Shown here in pieces: positions 14,812-27,545 of a stretch of DNA of 47,397 nt; the first letter of the stretch is position 1, and every line of letters starts with the position of its first letter. Under the pieces are notes generated by a model. It ran no database searches. It was not told the DNA's origin and saw only the letters and a list, made by a program, of their open reading frames with translations. Both the position numbers and the translations under genes were made by a program. The stretch is from Myxococcota bacterium (GTDB taxonomy: Bacteria; Myxococcota; XYA12-FULL-58-9; JALHOP01). The stretch covers positions 1-47,397 of the forward strand of contig JALHOP010000023.1 in assembly GCA_022842935.1 (NCBI GenBank), read 5' to 3'.

Positions 14812-15903
14812 ATGTTCAAGTCGGTACTTGTCCGCGAAAACGAACGAGGCATCGAGCGCGTCGACGGAAGGGTGCGCGCCATCTTGCAACCGGGTCGCTA
14901 CACGACCTTCGGCAAGCGTACCGTCGAAGTGGTTTCGACCAAACCGACCTTCTTCGTGCATGACGACCTCGAGATGATCGCCAAGTCGGGGCTGCTGCGT
15001 GAGGAAGCCAAGGTGATCGACCTCAAGGTGCATCAACGCGCCTTACTCTGGGTGGACGGTCGCTTTCACGCGGCGCTCGTGCCCGGCCTCTGGGTGGTCT
15101 GGGCCATCAAGCGCGAGGTCAAAGTCGACATCTACGAGGCGGCGACGCTCGCGTTTTCGCACCCCGAGCTCTCGACCATCCTCGAGATGCCGAGCGGGCA
15201 GAACGCCCTCATGTCGGTCGTCGTGAACAACGGAGAAGTCGGCGTTCTGAAGAAGAACGGCGCCATCGCTGAGATCCTAGAGCCCGGTCGCTACGCCTTC
15301 TGGAAAAACGTCGCCAAGCTCGAGGTGCAGGTCGTCGACACGCGTGAGATCGTCCTCGACATCGCCGGGCAGGAGATCATGACCGCCGACAAGGTGACCC
15401 TGCGCATGAACGCCATCGTCACCTACCGCGTCGCCGACGTGAGAAAGAGCCTGAGCGAAGCGCAAGACTTCAAGCAGGCCATCTATCGCGACTCGCAGCT
15501 CGCTTTGCGGGCCATCGTCGGTACGCGCGAGCTCGACACGTTGCTTGCGGCAAAAGAAGAGGTGGCAGCGGAGCTCATGGGTAGCATGGCGCCGCGCGCG
15601 CTCGAGCTTGGTGTGCGCATCGTCAGCGTTGGTGTCCGCGATGTCGTTCTCCCGGGCGATATGCGCGAGCTGCTCAACAAGGTCACCGAAGCGCGCAAAG
15701 CCGCCGAGGCCTCGTTGATCACCCGGCGTGAAGAGACCGCCGCGATGCGCAGCCACGCCAACACCGCCAAGCTCTTCGAGAACAACCCCATGCTCATGCG
15801 CCTGCGTGAAATCGAGGCACTCGAGAAGATCGCTGACAAAGCGAAGTTGAACGTCGTGCTTGGCGAAAAGGGTCTGGCTGAACGAATCGTCAATATGCTG
15901 TGA
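14812..15903 (+). CDS. SPFH/band-7 (slipin-like) domain protein
   Basis: Start at the internal ATG with GAGGTG 6 nt upstream. Band-7 core (TADKVTLRMNAIVTYRV...AIYRDSQLALRAIVGTRELDTLL). C-terminal coiled-coil with ARKAAEA. Confidence 0.7.
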   Translation: MFKSVLVRENERGIERVDGRVRAILQPGRYTTFGKRTVEVVSTKPTFFVHDDLEMIAKSGLLREEAKVIDLKVHQRALLWVDGRFHAALVPGLWVVWAIKREVKVDIYEAATLAFSHPELSTILEMPSGQNALMSVVVNNGEVGVLKKNGAIAEILEPGRYAFWKNVAKLEVQVVDTREIVLDIAGQEIMTADKVTLRMNAIVTYRVADVRKSLSEAQDFKQAIYRDSQLALRAIVGTRELDTLLAAKEEVAAELMGSMAPRALELGVRIVSVGVRDVVLPGDMRELLNKVTEARKAAEASLITRREETAAMRSHANTAKLFENNPMLMRLREIEALEKIADKAKLNVVLGEKGLAERIVNML

Positions 15904-15945
15904 GCAACCGCGCGGGGCCGCGAAGGGTAGCCGCCGCTCGCGACC

Positions 15946-17925
15946 TCAGGGCGCCGCGTAAACTCCAGGTCGCTCGCCAAACGGCCCGCCGGCGCCGACG
16001 TACGTGACCCCGTCACCAGAGCACCCTAGCGCAGTCGAAGTGACGAACGGGTCGACCACGACCGGCGCGCCAGTGGTGCCAACGCGCCAGAGGATCATCT
16101 GGCTCCCGGCTGGCTCGAGGAAGTGAAATGCGGTGCGCGCAAGGCAGACGCCCTGCGCAGCGATCGTTCCGTCGAAAAGAGGACTTCCATCCACATCGCG
16201 CACGATGAGCTCGGTGCCGCGCCCGACGACGAAGCGGCTACCCAAATAGCCTTGAATGGTTGGTGAACCCGTAAAGCCGCTTGGCAGCAAGGCGGAGGGC
16301 CCAATCAAGGGCATGTAGATGTTGGCTAAGCCACCCGATGTGAGATCGCCTACGAAGATGACGTTCGAGCCATCGCTTGGCCCGTCGAGACTCGCGGGAT
16401 AAAAAGCTCCGAAATCGCTAACCGGTGTGCATGCGGGGCTGAGCTGGTCGAGGTCACATACCTCGAGCACACTACCAACCGCCGCGAAGAACGCCCAGCG
16501 ACCATCGCGGGAGATACCCGTGCCGACCTTCGTGTTGGCCCGCAGCAGATCGTTCGTACCGAGCGAGAAATCGAGCACCCGCGCTTCCGCCTCGAGTGGT
16601 GTCGCCGTCGGGCTTCGCTGGTAGATGAGCCGCGTGCCGCCGAGTGAGAACCCGCCAGCGTTGGTCGCGCGGTCATCGACGAGCGAGCTCGCGCCGCTCG
16701 ACAACAGAACGCGGCGGATGCTGAAGACGGAGCCGGCCCCAACCTCGTAGAAGAGGCTCGCGCTATCGTTGCTCACCAAGACCAGGCCGACGTCGATGCC
16801 GAACGACTGGTTGGCGAAGCCGGGAGAGCTCAGCAGGCCTGATGGTAGACCAGCCCCACCCTGGTAGATGAAAGCGTCCGCGTTGCCCGCACTGCGGAGG
16901 CTGCTAAACGACACTCCGGTCGGCACCGACGTTTCGCTTTGGCTGTCCCAGACGACGATCTGATTGTCGTCAGCGTTGTAAGCAACGTAGCGACCCGAGT
17001 TGGTGAGGCGGCCGCCCGCGGTACCGGTGGCGACCTGAGTGACCGCAAGTGGGCTATGGCGGACATAGCTCAGGGTTACTCTGCCGCCACCGTCACGCGA
17101 CGTTTCAACGAGGGTCGCGGGAGCACCTGGGGGGGAGAACACGGCTTCGATTGCGAGACCGATCGCAACCTGGGCACCACTGGCGACATCGACCGCATCG
17201 ACTTGGGCGAGCCCAGTTGAGACGATGAGCACCCCCGGCTGGGACGTTTCGATGACGATGCGAACTTTCTCGACGAGGCGCTCGCGGGCACCCGTTGCGA
17301 GGTCGTAGCGCCAGAGGTCATCGCCGTCGAGGGCAGGGCGTGGCAATTTCAGCGCAACGTAGTCACCACTAGGGCTGAACCACGCTCCGTCCGTCCGAGC
17401 GACATCAGCGAGAAGAGCGCCACGCGTGAGATAGACTTTCTCAAGCGTTTGCACCCCCGGCGCCACAAGGACCTGAAGGCTGGCGTCTTCGTATCCGGGA
17501 GTGCTTACACGCAAGGTGTAGACCCCCAGCCTGACCTCATCGAACACGAAGTCACCGTTCACGTCCGTGCTCGTGGTGAGCGGCGAGCTAGCGCCATCGA
17601 GCCTTACCTGCACACCCTCGGAACTGGCACGGGCCGCGACCACGACGCTTCCACGAATGTCTCCGGATGTTGCCCCACTGTCGATGGGCAGCGGCGCACT
17701 CGTACCGTCGGGGCACGTGATGACGCCGGCAGCGATGGTGCACGGCTCCGAGCCCGGTATCACAACCTCTGTTCCATCATCGCACACGACTTTGCGCTCG
17801 CCCCCCGCCTCGACGACCGAACACGAGGCGCCAGGCGCGCCTGCGGGCCCCGCGGGTCCGTCGCTGCCGCTGCAGGCGACGAGGAAAACAAAGGGAACGA
17901 GGTGAAAACTGGTGCGGTTGGGCAT
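15946..17925 (-). CDS. Lipoprotein with a collagen-like GPAGPAGAPG segment, a carboxypeptidase-regulatory-like domain and beta-propeller repeats
   Basis: Lipobox FLVACSG. GDFVFDEVRLGVYTLRV motif typical of CarbopepD_reg. Gly/Ser/Thr-rich beta-rich remainder. Confidence 0.5.
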   Translation of the reverse strand: MPNRTSFHLVPFVFLVACSGSDGPAGPAGAPGASCSVVEAGGERKVVCDDGTEVVIPGSEPCTIAAGVITCPDGTSAPLPIDSGATSGDIRGSVVVAARASSEGVQVRLDGASSPLTTSTDVNGDFVFDEVRLGVYTLRVSTPGYEDASLQVLVAPGVQTLEKVYLTRGALLADVARTDGAWFSPSGDYVALKLPRPALDGDDLWRYDLATGARERLVEKVRIVIETSQPGVLIVSTGLAQVDAVDVASGAQVAIGLAIEAVFSPPGAPATLVETSRDGGGRVTLSYVRHSPLAVTQVATGTAGGRLTNSGRYVAYNADDNQIVVWDSQSETSVPTGVSFSSLRSAGNADAFIYQGGAGLPSGLLSSPGFANQSFGIDVGLVLVSNDSASLFYEVGAGSVFSIRRVLLSSGASSLVDDRATNAGGFSLGGTRLIYQRSPTATPLEAEARVLDFSLGTNDLLRANTKVGTGISRDGRWAFFAAVGSVLEVCDLDQLSPACTPVSDFGAFYPASLDGPSDGSNVIFVGDLTSGGLANIYMPLIGPSALLPSGFTGSPTIQGYLGSRFVVGRGTELIVRDVDGSPLFDGTIAAQGVCLARTAFHFLEPAGSQMILWRVGTTGAPVVVDPFVTSTALGCSGDGVTYVGAGGPFGERPGVYAAP

Positions 17926-18092
17926 TCTGCGGAGCTCCGATTGTGCCGGGTAGCATGAAGGCTATTGGGCTGAAAAGTCGCCGACGTTCGTTGGGGCTTG
18001 GGGGCTAAACGATTGGGTGGCTGAGAGCAGCGAGGGAATGTGCCCGGGCACTTCCGCGCCGTCGTTCGTTCGCGCTATAAGCGCGACCGCCT

Positions 18093-20795
<2,703 letters not shown>

Positions 20796-20836
20796 GCGGG
20801 CAAGGCGAGCTGAAAAGGCTCTAGAGCGTAGGTGTT

Positions 20837-21784
20837 CTAGAGCCCCGGCGCGAGCTGGCGCCGCAAGATATCCACGTAGTCTTCCATGCGGCCCATCCAT
20901 TCCATGCGGCCATGCATGCCAACCACCCGCTGATAGTAGGGGTCGAGCTCGGTCCGGTCCATGGGCTCGGTCGGGTCCATGTCGAGGCCGTGGATGTTGG
21001 TCTCGACGGCGGCACTCGCGGCGCTCGCGACTTGGCCCTGAGGCGCGCCATCTTCGTTGTCCCGGCCCTGCACGAGTACGTTGACGTGACGGCGCTGCGC
21101 ATAAGCTGGGCAGGTCGCCATTGCATCCGCTGCAGCGGACACCACCTCGCCAATCTGCGTACCGCCCATCATGCTTCGGCGAAGGGTGAGGAGACGATCA
21201 GCATACGCATTCATCTTCTCGCGGCTATCGAGGACAGCCCAGCCTTCACAAGCCGGCGTCTCACGCGCGTCGGGGCTGAAGAAGCCATTCACGGCGTAGC
21301 CCACTTGCAACGGCAAGACCGCGATACCGCCATCGGGACCGGCGAGCGCATAGTCTTGAACGATCGGGTCGCGCAGCGCGTTGGCGACCGCCAAGAGCTG
21401 AGCTGCGAACATTTGCTCACGAACCCGCGAGGCCGGAACGCCGCCGGGGCGCGGGTCGGGCCCAAAGACGTTACGCGCGTGTGCGTTCTGGTCTCCGTGG
21501 ATGGAGCCGCTCCCGTCGAAGCCGAGAACGATGCAGGCGTTCAGGCGCTGGCGCGGCCCCTGGACGGAAACGCCGGCTTGCACACCGGGAGGCGATGGGG
21601 CTGCCCCGGGTGCCGGAAAGGTCGCCTGCAGGTGCGGGGGCACGGGTCGGAGCATGGCGTCGGTCGGAGCCGTCGGCGGCTGCCGCGACAGGTCTGGCGC
21701 CGCGTAGGTCCGCAACATGTCAGCGCGAAACGGCGAACGGCAAACTACGCCCAGCTCGGTCATCAGGGTCAGTATCGGGCGCAA
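20837..21784 (-). CDS. VWA-like domain protein (possibly DUF1194-like). The N-terminus may start at a later Met.
   Basis: MIDAS-like DGSGS motif followed by Thr/Asp positions (GGTQIGEV). The rest is not recognised. Confidence 0.35.
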   Translation of the reverse strand: MRPILTLMTELGVVCRSPFRADMLRTYAAPDLSRQPPTAPTDAMLRPVPPHLQATFPAPGAAPSPPGVQAGVSVQGPRQRLNACIVLGFDGSGSIHGDQNAHARNVFGPDPRPGGVPASRVREQMFAAQLLAVANALRDPIVQDYALAGPDGGIAVLPLQVGYAVNGFFSPDARETPACEGWAVLDSREKMNAYADRLLTLRRSMMGGTQIGEVVSAAADAMATCPAYAQRRHVNVLVQGRDNEDGAPQGQVASAASAAVETNIHGLDMDPTEPMDRTELDPYYQRVVGMHGRMEWMGRMEDYVDILRRQLAPGL

Positions 21785-21799
21785 GCGACGGAAGTTTCG

Positions 21800-22375
21800 T
21801 CAGGACGCCGTGTGGTCGCGGCGCCAGCGCACGACTAGCGCCAAGAGCGGCGCGCTGATGGCGACGAGCACGAGCTTGACCGCGTATTGCCCGAACAGGA
21901 GCCGCGGTAGGTCAGCGACCGTACCCGCGAAAGCGATGCCAACGAAGATCACCGTGTCGACGAACTGAGCCACCGCGGTCGCGAACGCAGCCCTGACTGC
22001 GACGCCTAAGCCCGGCTTGTGACGCCGAATGATGTCGTAAATCCAGACGTTCTCGAGCTGCGCCACAATGAACGCGACAAGGCCCGCGCCGGCGATGCGT
22101 GGGGTCACCCCGAAGACACGCGCATAGGCAGCGTCGTCATCGAAGCCCGAAGCCGGTGGCACGATCACGATCATCACGAAGCAGGCGAGCGCCACCGACA
22201 GCGCGATGAAGCCGTGGCGCACGAAGCCGCGCGCAAGGGCTGCGCCGTGCATCTCGTTCACGTAGTCCACCAACGCGAACGAGAGCTGATAGACGACCAC
22301 TGTCGCCGACGCGGCAAGCGAGCCCAAGGCCATCAACTTGCCGCCGCCAGCCAAGCCGCAAACCACCAACGTCAC
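21800..22375 (-). CDS. Integral membrane protein, VUT/YhhQ-like (queuosine precursor transporter family). Tentative.
   Basis: Multiple transmembrane helices. LSFALVDYVNEMHG resembles the conserved DxxxE-containing segment of DUF165/YhhQ. Confidence 0.35.
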   Translation of the reverse strand: MTLVVCGLAGGGKLMALGSLAASATVVVYQLSFALVDYVNEMHGAALARGFVRHGFIALSVALACFVMIVIVPPASGFDDDAAYARVFGVTPRIAGAGLVAFIVAQLENVWIYDIIRRHKPGLGVAVRAAFATAVAQFVDTVIFVGIAFAGTVADLPRLLFGQYAVKLVLVAISAPLLALVVRWRRDHTAS

Positions 22376-22431
22376 GTAGAGAACCCGGAGGGTCTCCTCG
22401 CTCGGGAGGCGCTGTATACCGCTCGTCTCGT

Positions 22432-23097
22432 TCAGCGCTTCTTCGCTTTGCCCTTGGGCGTTTCGGTAACGGCAGCTGCAGCCTGCGCCTGCGCGTCAGC
22501 CACGGCTTGCGCCGCCTGAGCTTCCGCCGCCGCTTGGGCTTGCGCTTGCGCTTTGGCTTCTTTGGCTTTGGCTTCGCTCGTGGACGCTAGGGCGGACAGG
22601 CCCTTCTCGAAGTCGCTACCGACCATGGTGTCCATGTCGTTGAACAACGTGAACGCCTTCATGACGAAGTTCTTCTGGCCGCTCATCGCCCAGGTCGTCT
22701 TGGTACCCTCGCCTTCAGGGGCAAACGTGAAGACGACGTTGTTGGTGGCCTTGAAGGGCTCGAGGAACTCGAGCTTCACGTCGACGCGCTCGGGCATCTT
22801 GGTGGCGGTAATGGTCATCTGACCCGCTCCGACGTTCTTGTCCTTCGAGCTCCACGCGTAGGCCGCGCCGACTCCCGATGGGGCTCCCGAAAAGGTCTTC
22901 TCCATCGCTGGGTCGAGCTTCTCCCACGGCGACCAGTTGGGCCAGCTGTGGAAGTCATTCACCTCTGCGAAAACGATGGCCGGCGGCGCTGCCATGACCG
23001 CTGTGCGCTCCACCGTGAAATCGGCAGGCTGCATCGCGACAAAGACGCCAAATGCGGCAAGTACGACGACCAGACCACCAATGATCTTGAGTGCCAT
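22432..23097 (-). CDS. SRPBCC-superfamily (START/Bet v1-like) protein with an N-terminal membrane anchor and an Ala/Gln-rich C-terminal tail
   Basis: Start at the internal Met MALKIIGGLVVVLAAFGVFVAM. FHSWPNWSPW motif typical of SRPBCC/YndB-like proteins. Low-complexity AQAQAQAAAEAQAAQA tail. Confidence 0.5.
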   Translation of the reverse strand: MALKIIGGLVVVLAAFGVFVAMQPADFTVERTAVMAAPPAIVFAEVNDFHSWPNWSPWEKLDPAMEKTFSGAPSGVGAAYAWSSKDKNVGAGQMTITATKMPERVDVKLEFLEPFKATNNVVFTFAPEGEGTKTTWAMSGQKNFVMKAFTLFNDMDTMVGSDFEKGLSALASTSEAKAKEAKAQAQAQAAAEAQAAQAVADAQAQAAAAVTETPKGKAKKR

Positions 23098-23972
23098 GGA
23101 GAGCTCCCGCGGAAAGTAGGCGGATGTTGTCTCCGAGAGGCAGGACGCAAAGCAAGCTAGGAGGAGTCGTATGTTCGCATCCACGTCTGCCCAGCTCCCG
23201 CCCGTAGGGTATCCAGGACGTTTGTTGGGCCTGGTAGGGCAGGATTCGCGCTTTAGCTTTGGAGGATCGTGCCTTCACGGCGGCTTCCGTGCCAGCCGCG
23301 TCTGCAAGGGCTCGACGATTCCGCAGAGGGCCTACCCGAGATGATCGGGACAGAACCGCGCGCCATCTTCAACTACTTGCGCTCGCTGCCGCCGACCCAG
23401 CACTACATCGGGCCGCCGGTGCTCAGAGCGACCGAAGACCCGAACAAGTACGCCGCGTCCAAGGCGTTGCAGTCCGGCTAGCGAAAGACACCCAGATGGA
23501 TCTCGACTACCTCGAGCGCGCCGGAGTGCACCATCTCAACGTTGAAGGTGATCGTCATGCTGGTGGCGCTCGTCGCCGCTCCACGCAGCCCGACGCCTAG
23601 CGCTCGCCACGTCGGTGCCCACGTGCATCACGAAGCCATTCGCCAAGCCCGGGGTGAGGCGAGATCCTCGCTTTCGGCAGCGCTCGCCGACACCAGATGT
23701 TCGGTCATCAGCGCGAACCACGGCGAGTCCTCGATGTACGACTTGGCCGCCCAGTTGTAGAGTCGCGAGGCTGTTGGGCTACTCCCCGGGGCTGAGCAAT
23801 GGGTCGAACGAGGTAGATCGCAGGAGGTCTTCACAGACCCGCCCGACCTCGGAGATGTGTCGCGAGGCGGGTCAACGCCAGCGAACCGCAGGGTTGCGCG
23901 CCAAGGCCGCACTCTGGTTACACTGCATCGGGCAAAGACACTCAGGGCGCGTAAGCCGAGCCAGGACGTGCG

Positions 23973-26030
23973 ATGGTGATCACCTTTCGTTCCCTATGGG
24001 CACGTATCGCGTGGCTAGCGATCGCTGCCGGCTGCGGAGATAGCAGCGGCGACATTCGTTCAGTCGCCGTCACACTTGGACCCGAAGGCGGAAGTGTTGC
24101 GGGCCCTGATGGTGTCCGACTCGATGTTCCGCCTGGCGCTCTGAGTGGTGAAGTGACCTTTCGGATAACGCGAGGCGGCAGTGCAGCGCCGCCAGTACCG
24201 GGTGGCGCCGAGATCGTTGGTCACATCTATGAGCTAACGCCGCACGGCACTGAGCTCGGCGCTGGAGCGGTGGTCACCCTGCCCCTTACCGAGGGGGCGA
24301 TTGCGGGGCGTCCGGCATTCCTGATGAAGGCCAGTCCAGGCGGTCGCTGGACGGTTCTTGGTCCAGCGCTCGGTGACAGCGCGACCGGTAGTCGCAACAT
24401 CGCGTCTTTGTCGTACATCGCGGTGGCAGCGTGCACGAACGAAATCCCGGCGCAGCTCACCGTGTCTCAGGTGTGCCCTGCCTTGAGCTCGCTGACCTTG
24501 GAGCTACTCGACAGCAGCGGATTACCTTACGCCCCTACAACGCCGCCGCAGCCAGTACTCACGGTGGGGAGTCCGGCGACTTTGACCGTCCGTTTGACTT
24601 GGACGCGCCCTGAAGGGATCGATAGACTCGACGAACTCAGTACCGGCACCGCGAGTGCTGGTGGGTTGCTCGTTCGCACCTCGGGGTATAGCTGGGGCAG
24701 CGCAGCGCCACACGATGAAGCGGTCGACACCAGCGTCACGCGCACCTTCAGCGTCGATGTGACTCCAGGGCAGGTGGCCGAGGCGGATACACCAGGTGGC
24801 ATCGTACGCGCCCTGTGGGCCGAGGCACGTTACGATTTTCTGCGCGCTGGCGCGTGGCCGGGCGCAGCCTGGCAGCACGGTGCCTACATCCCAATCCGCA
24901 TCGTTGGAACAGGCTTATTGGGGGGCGTACCGTCGGTCGACAGCCAGTCGGCCCCGTCCAGTGTTGACGAAGGCAGTCAGGCGGCGCTCGTCATACGCTA
25001 TCGAAGTGACGGACCGACGACGCTCCTTTTGCAACGCTTCGTCACAGGTGCTTGGAACGATGTCACCAGCGCCGACTCCATCACGTGCGGGAACCCGTGC
25101 GCCCTTTCAACGCCAGCGTTAGAGGCGACGGACAACGGTGCTCAGTTCCGCGTGCGGCTCACCAATGCGCAGGGCAGCGTGGATAGTGACGTAGTGACCA
25201 TCGCGGTGAACCTTGCACGCAATCCCACGTTCGTCACCCAGCCATCCCCGCTGACCGTCGCGATTGGGCAACCAAGCTCCTTCAGCTTCGCGGCGAGCAG
25301 CGATAGCGGCAACTTTAGTTTTCAATGGCTTGTGGATGGCCAGGCCCTGGCCGACGGCACGAACATCGCGCTCAACGGCCCGCTGCAATTCGCGACGGTC
25401 AGCGGAGCCACGGGAAGCGGTACGAGTGGCGCGTTGACACTCGCCAACACGCCGCTGGCCGCCGACGGCACGTCGATCGCTGTGCGCGTAACACGCGTCG
25501 CGGGCGGCCAAACCATTGAAGCCTTGAGCGCTTCCGCGAGGCTCAGCGTAAACGAGGTCAACACCGCTCCGCTGCTAAGCATCGCACCCGGCACGGGAGG
25601 GTACATATGGAGGGGCACGGGGAACAATAGCCAGCCGGTTACGCTTCCCGTTAGTCTGGTCGACGATGCTGAGCTCTCCGATACCATCCAGCTCCGAATC
25701 GATGTCACGGACCCGTTTTCGCGGGTCGGTTCGCTAGTCGTCGGAGGGAACTCGGTGATCGGCAACTCGATCACGCTAACCAACTCCTACGTCAATATCG
25801 CGACCATCTTGAACGGCTTGATCGTCTTCACGCCAGCGTCATTTTTCGAGGGCAGTGGTGATTGCAACCAGCCGTGCCTAAGCCTCAACGTGCAGGTCAA
25901 CGATCTAGGAAACCGACAAGGGGATGGTCCACTCACGCCGCTTACAACGTCGCTCGTGGTCGAAGTCTTGATCGACGATATCGATGACATCGCCGGCGGC
26001 ACTTATCCACCGTGGCCGGCCGTCCCGTGA
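23973..26030 (+). CDS. Large secreted lipoprotein with repeated beta-rich (Ig-like) modules. Function unknown.
   Basis: Signal plus lipobox (LAIAAGCGDSSG). Ser/Thr/Gly/Val-rich repetitive composition. GC3-rich codons. Confidence 0.5.
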   Translation: MVITFRSLWARIAWLAIAAGCGDSSGDIRSVAVTLGPEGGSVAGPDGVRLDVPPGALSGEVTFRITRGGSAAPPVPGGAEIVGHIYELTPHGTELGAGAVVTLPLTEGAIAGRPAFLMKASPGGRWTVLGPALGDSATGSRNIASLSYIAVAACTNEIPAQLTVSQVCPALSSLTLELLDSSGLPYAPTTPPQPVLTVGSPATLTVRLTWTRPEGIDRLDELSTGTASAGGLLVRTSGYSWGSAAPHDEAVDTSVTRTFSVDVTPGQVAEADTPGGIVRALWAEARYDFLRAGAWPGAAWQHGAYIPIRIVGTGLLGGVPSVDSQSAPSSVDEGSQAALVIRYRSDGPTTLLLQRFVTGAWNDVTSADSITCGNPCALSTPALEATDNGAQFRVRLTNAQGSVDSDVVTIAVNLARNPTFVTQPSPLTVAIGQPSSFSFAASSDSGNFSFQWLVDGQALADGTNIALNGPLQFATVSGATGSGTSGALTLANTPLAADGTSIAVRVTRVAGGQTIEALSASARLSVNEVNTAPLLSIAPGTGGYIWRGTGNNSQPVTLPVSLVDDAELSDTIQLRIDVTDPFSRVGSLVVGGNSVIGNSITLTNSYVNIATILNGLIVFTPASFFEGSGDCNQPCLSLNVQVNDLGNRQGDGPLTPLTTSLVVEVLIDDIDDIAGGTYPPWPAVP

Positions 26031-26240
26031 TCCGTTCTAGCGGAGACCTTAGCTTGAGCTCCGACGACAAGACGCGCATCACGCGAGGTTTCGCCGTCGA
26101 GCTCAACGGCAACGCCGGCCCCTTCCGCGCGAACACTTCGACGACTTTTGCGTAAACGCGCCCCGCTACGGTTAGGCCTTCGCGCCGATGACCTGGCCGT
26201 TCACGTGGGACGCGAGGCACGGTTGGAGCGCAGCGCCTGC

Positions 26241-27452
26241 CTACTTGGATGCGTAGGGTCCAGTCGTCACGGGCGGCACGACCTCGGCAGCGGGTGCGGG
26301 CAACTGCTTGGGAGCCTCGGTGGGTGGTGGCAAGGCAGGCCGGTCGCGCTTGAAGGAAGGCAAGTAAGCGACGATGCGCGCGAGGAACGCGGCGAATGCC
26401 GAGGGCTGGGGGGGCGGCGGTGCGGGTGGTGGTGGCGGTTCCGGCGCACAGATGACCTGAAGGACCTGATCTTCGCTGTAGTGAAAGCCGTGGCTCGCGT
26501 CGGTCGAGCGCTCGTAACCAACCAGGGCACCCATGAGGTCGGGGCGCGCGCGCAGCCGCTCCGCGAGGTTCTGCAGGAGGAACGGCAGAAAGACAGCCTT
26601 GTCGATGCTAGCGTTCGGGCCCACGCGATCGGTGAGCCGACTCAAGAGCTGCGAGCTACGACCAATGACCACCACGGCGCCCGCCGGGACGACATTGTGG
26701 TATCCGTCTTTGACACGGCGGCTGTCCGCGATCACGGAACAGTCGCGTTGCAGGCTCGGCGAGGCTTCGCCGAACGGCGAGCCCCCCGCGACCGAGGTCG
26801 TCTGCACGTAACGCTCGACCCTGGCGAGCGCTTCACTGCAGAAGTCGTCGACCACGGCACGCGCTGCCTTCAGCTCGACGGTCGAGCACGGAGTACGAAA
26901 ACCAATGTCACCACGAAGCTTGATGGCCTCGTCCGACGAAGCTGCTTGCGCCGCCAGCGCCTTGCCCACGTAAACGGGGTCACGCAGCGCGACGGCCGCG
27001 ATGCCCCGACCGCGAGCGTGGCGCTCCACCGCAGCGAGCTCGAAACCGTGCTCCTCGAGGTGTTTCTTCAGCGCGACGATCGCCTGGTCGGTGAGCCGGG
27101 TGAGGTCAACGACGTTCTCACCGTGTTCGCCAAAAGCCTCGTTCACGAGCCCGTAGAGATGATTGCCTGCGAACAGACGCACGATCGCCGCGTGCTGGAG
27201 CTCACGCCCGTCGAGGATCGCGCGCTCGGCATAGGGATTTTGTGGGAGCGCTTCGAGCTTGGCGAAGTGGCTGTCGATCTGGGCATCGGCGTCTTTGACG
27301 AGCGCTGCGACGACCCCCTGGGCCTTGGCGAGCATGGCAGGCTCGCTGACCTTTAGACCGACCTCCTCGAAGACGTTGCTCGTATCGAGGGCCGCGACAA
27401 CCGGCTGGCTACGGATGTTGGCAGCGTTTTCCAAAGGTACCGATCTCCCCAA
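26241..27452 (-). CDS. Hypothetical protein with a Pro-rich C-terminus (PPPPPAPPPPQP)
   Basis: Long GC3-biased ORF. No recognised catalytic motif. The long plus-strand ORF at 26148-27356 is judged to be its shadow. Confidence 0.4.
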   Translation of the reverse strand: MGRSVPLENAANIRSQPVVAALDTSNVFEEVGLKVSEPAMLAKAQGVVAALVKDADAQIDSHFAKLEALPQNPYAERAILDGRELQHAAIVRLFAGNHLYGLVNEAFGEHGENVVDLTRLTDQAIVALKKHLEEHGFELAAVERHARGRGIAAVALRDPVYVGKALAAQAASSDEAIKLRGDIGFRTPCSTVELKAARAVVDDFCSEALARVERYVQTTSVAGGSPFGEASPSLQRDCSVIADSRRVKDGYHNVVPAGAVVVIGRSSQLLSRLTDRVGPNASIDKAVFLPFLLQNLAERLRARPDLMGALVGYERSTDASHGFHYSEDQVLQVICAPEPPPPPAPPPPQPSAFAAFLARIVAYLPSFKRDRPALPPPTEAPKQLPAPAAEVVPPVTTGPYASK

Positions 27453-27545
27453 AGTCGAGCTTGAGCGAGCTTATCGGCAGGTCCTTGCACGAGGTTTCGG
27501 GTGAACGTCTCTGACGACTAGCCAGCAGGCGACGGCCGAGGCAAA

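Noticed and set aside
26148-27356. 402-aa plus-strand ORF (and similar long ORFs at 19236-20228 minus, 5936-6709 minus, 4180-4956 minus, 7336-8031 minus, 41827-42678 minus)
   Set aside because: Each lies antisense to or frame-shifted within a gene that has clear motifs or GC3 bias. They have Arg/Ala/Gly/Pro-rich shadow-ORF composition and no GC3 bias of their own. These are typical artefacts of a high-GC genome.
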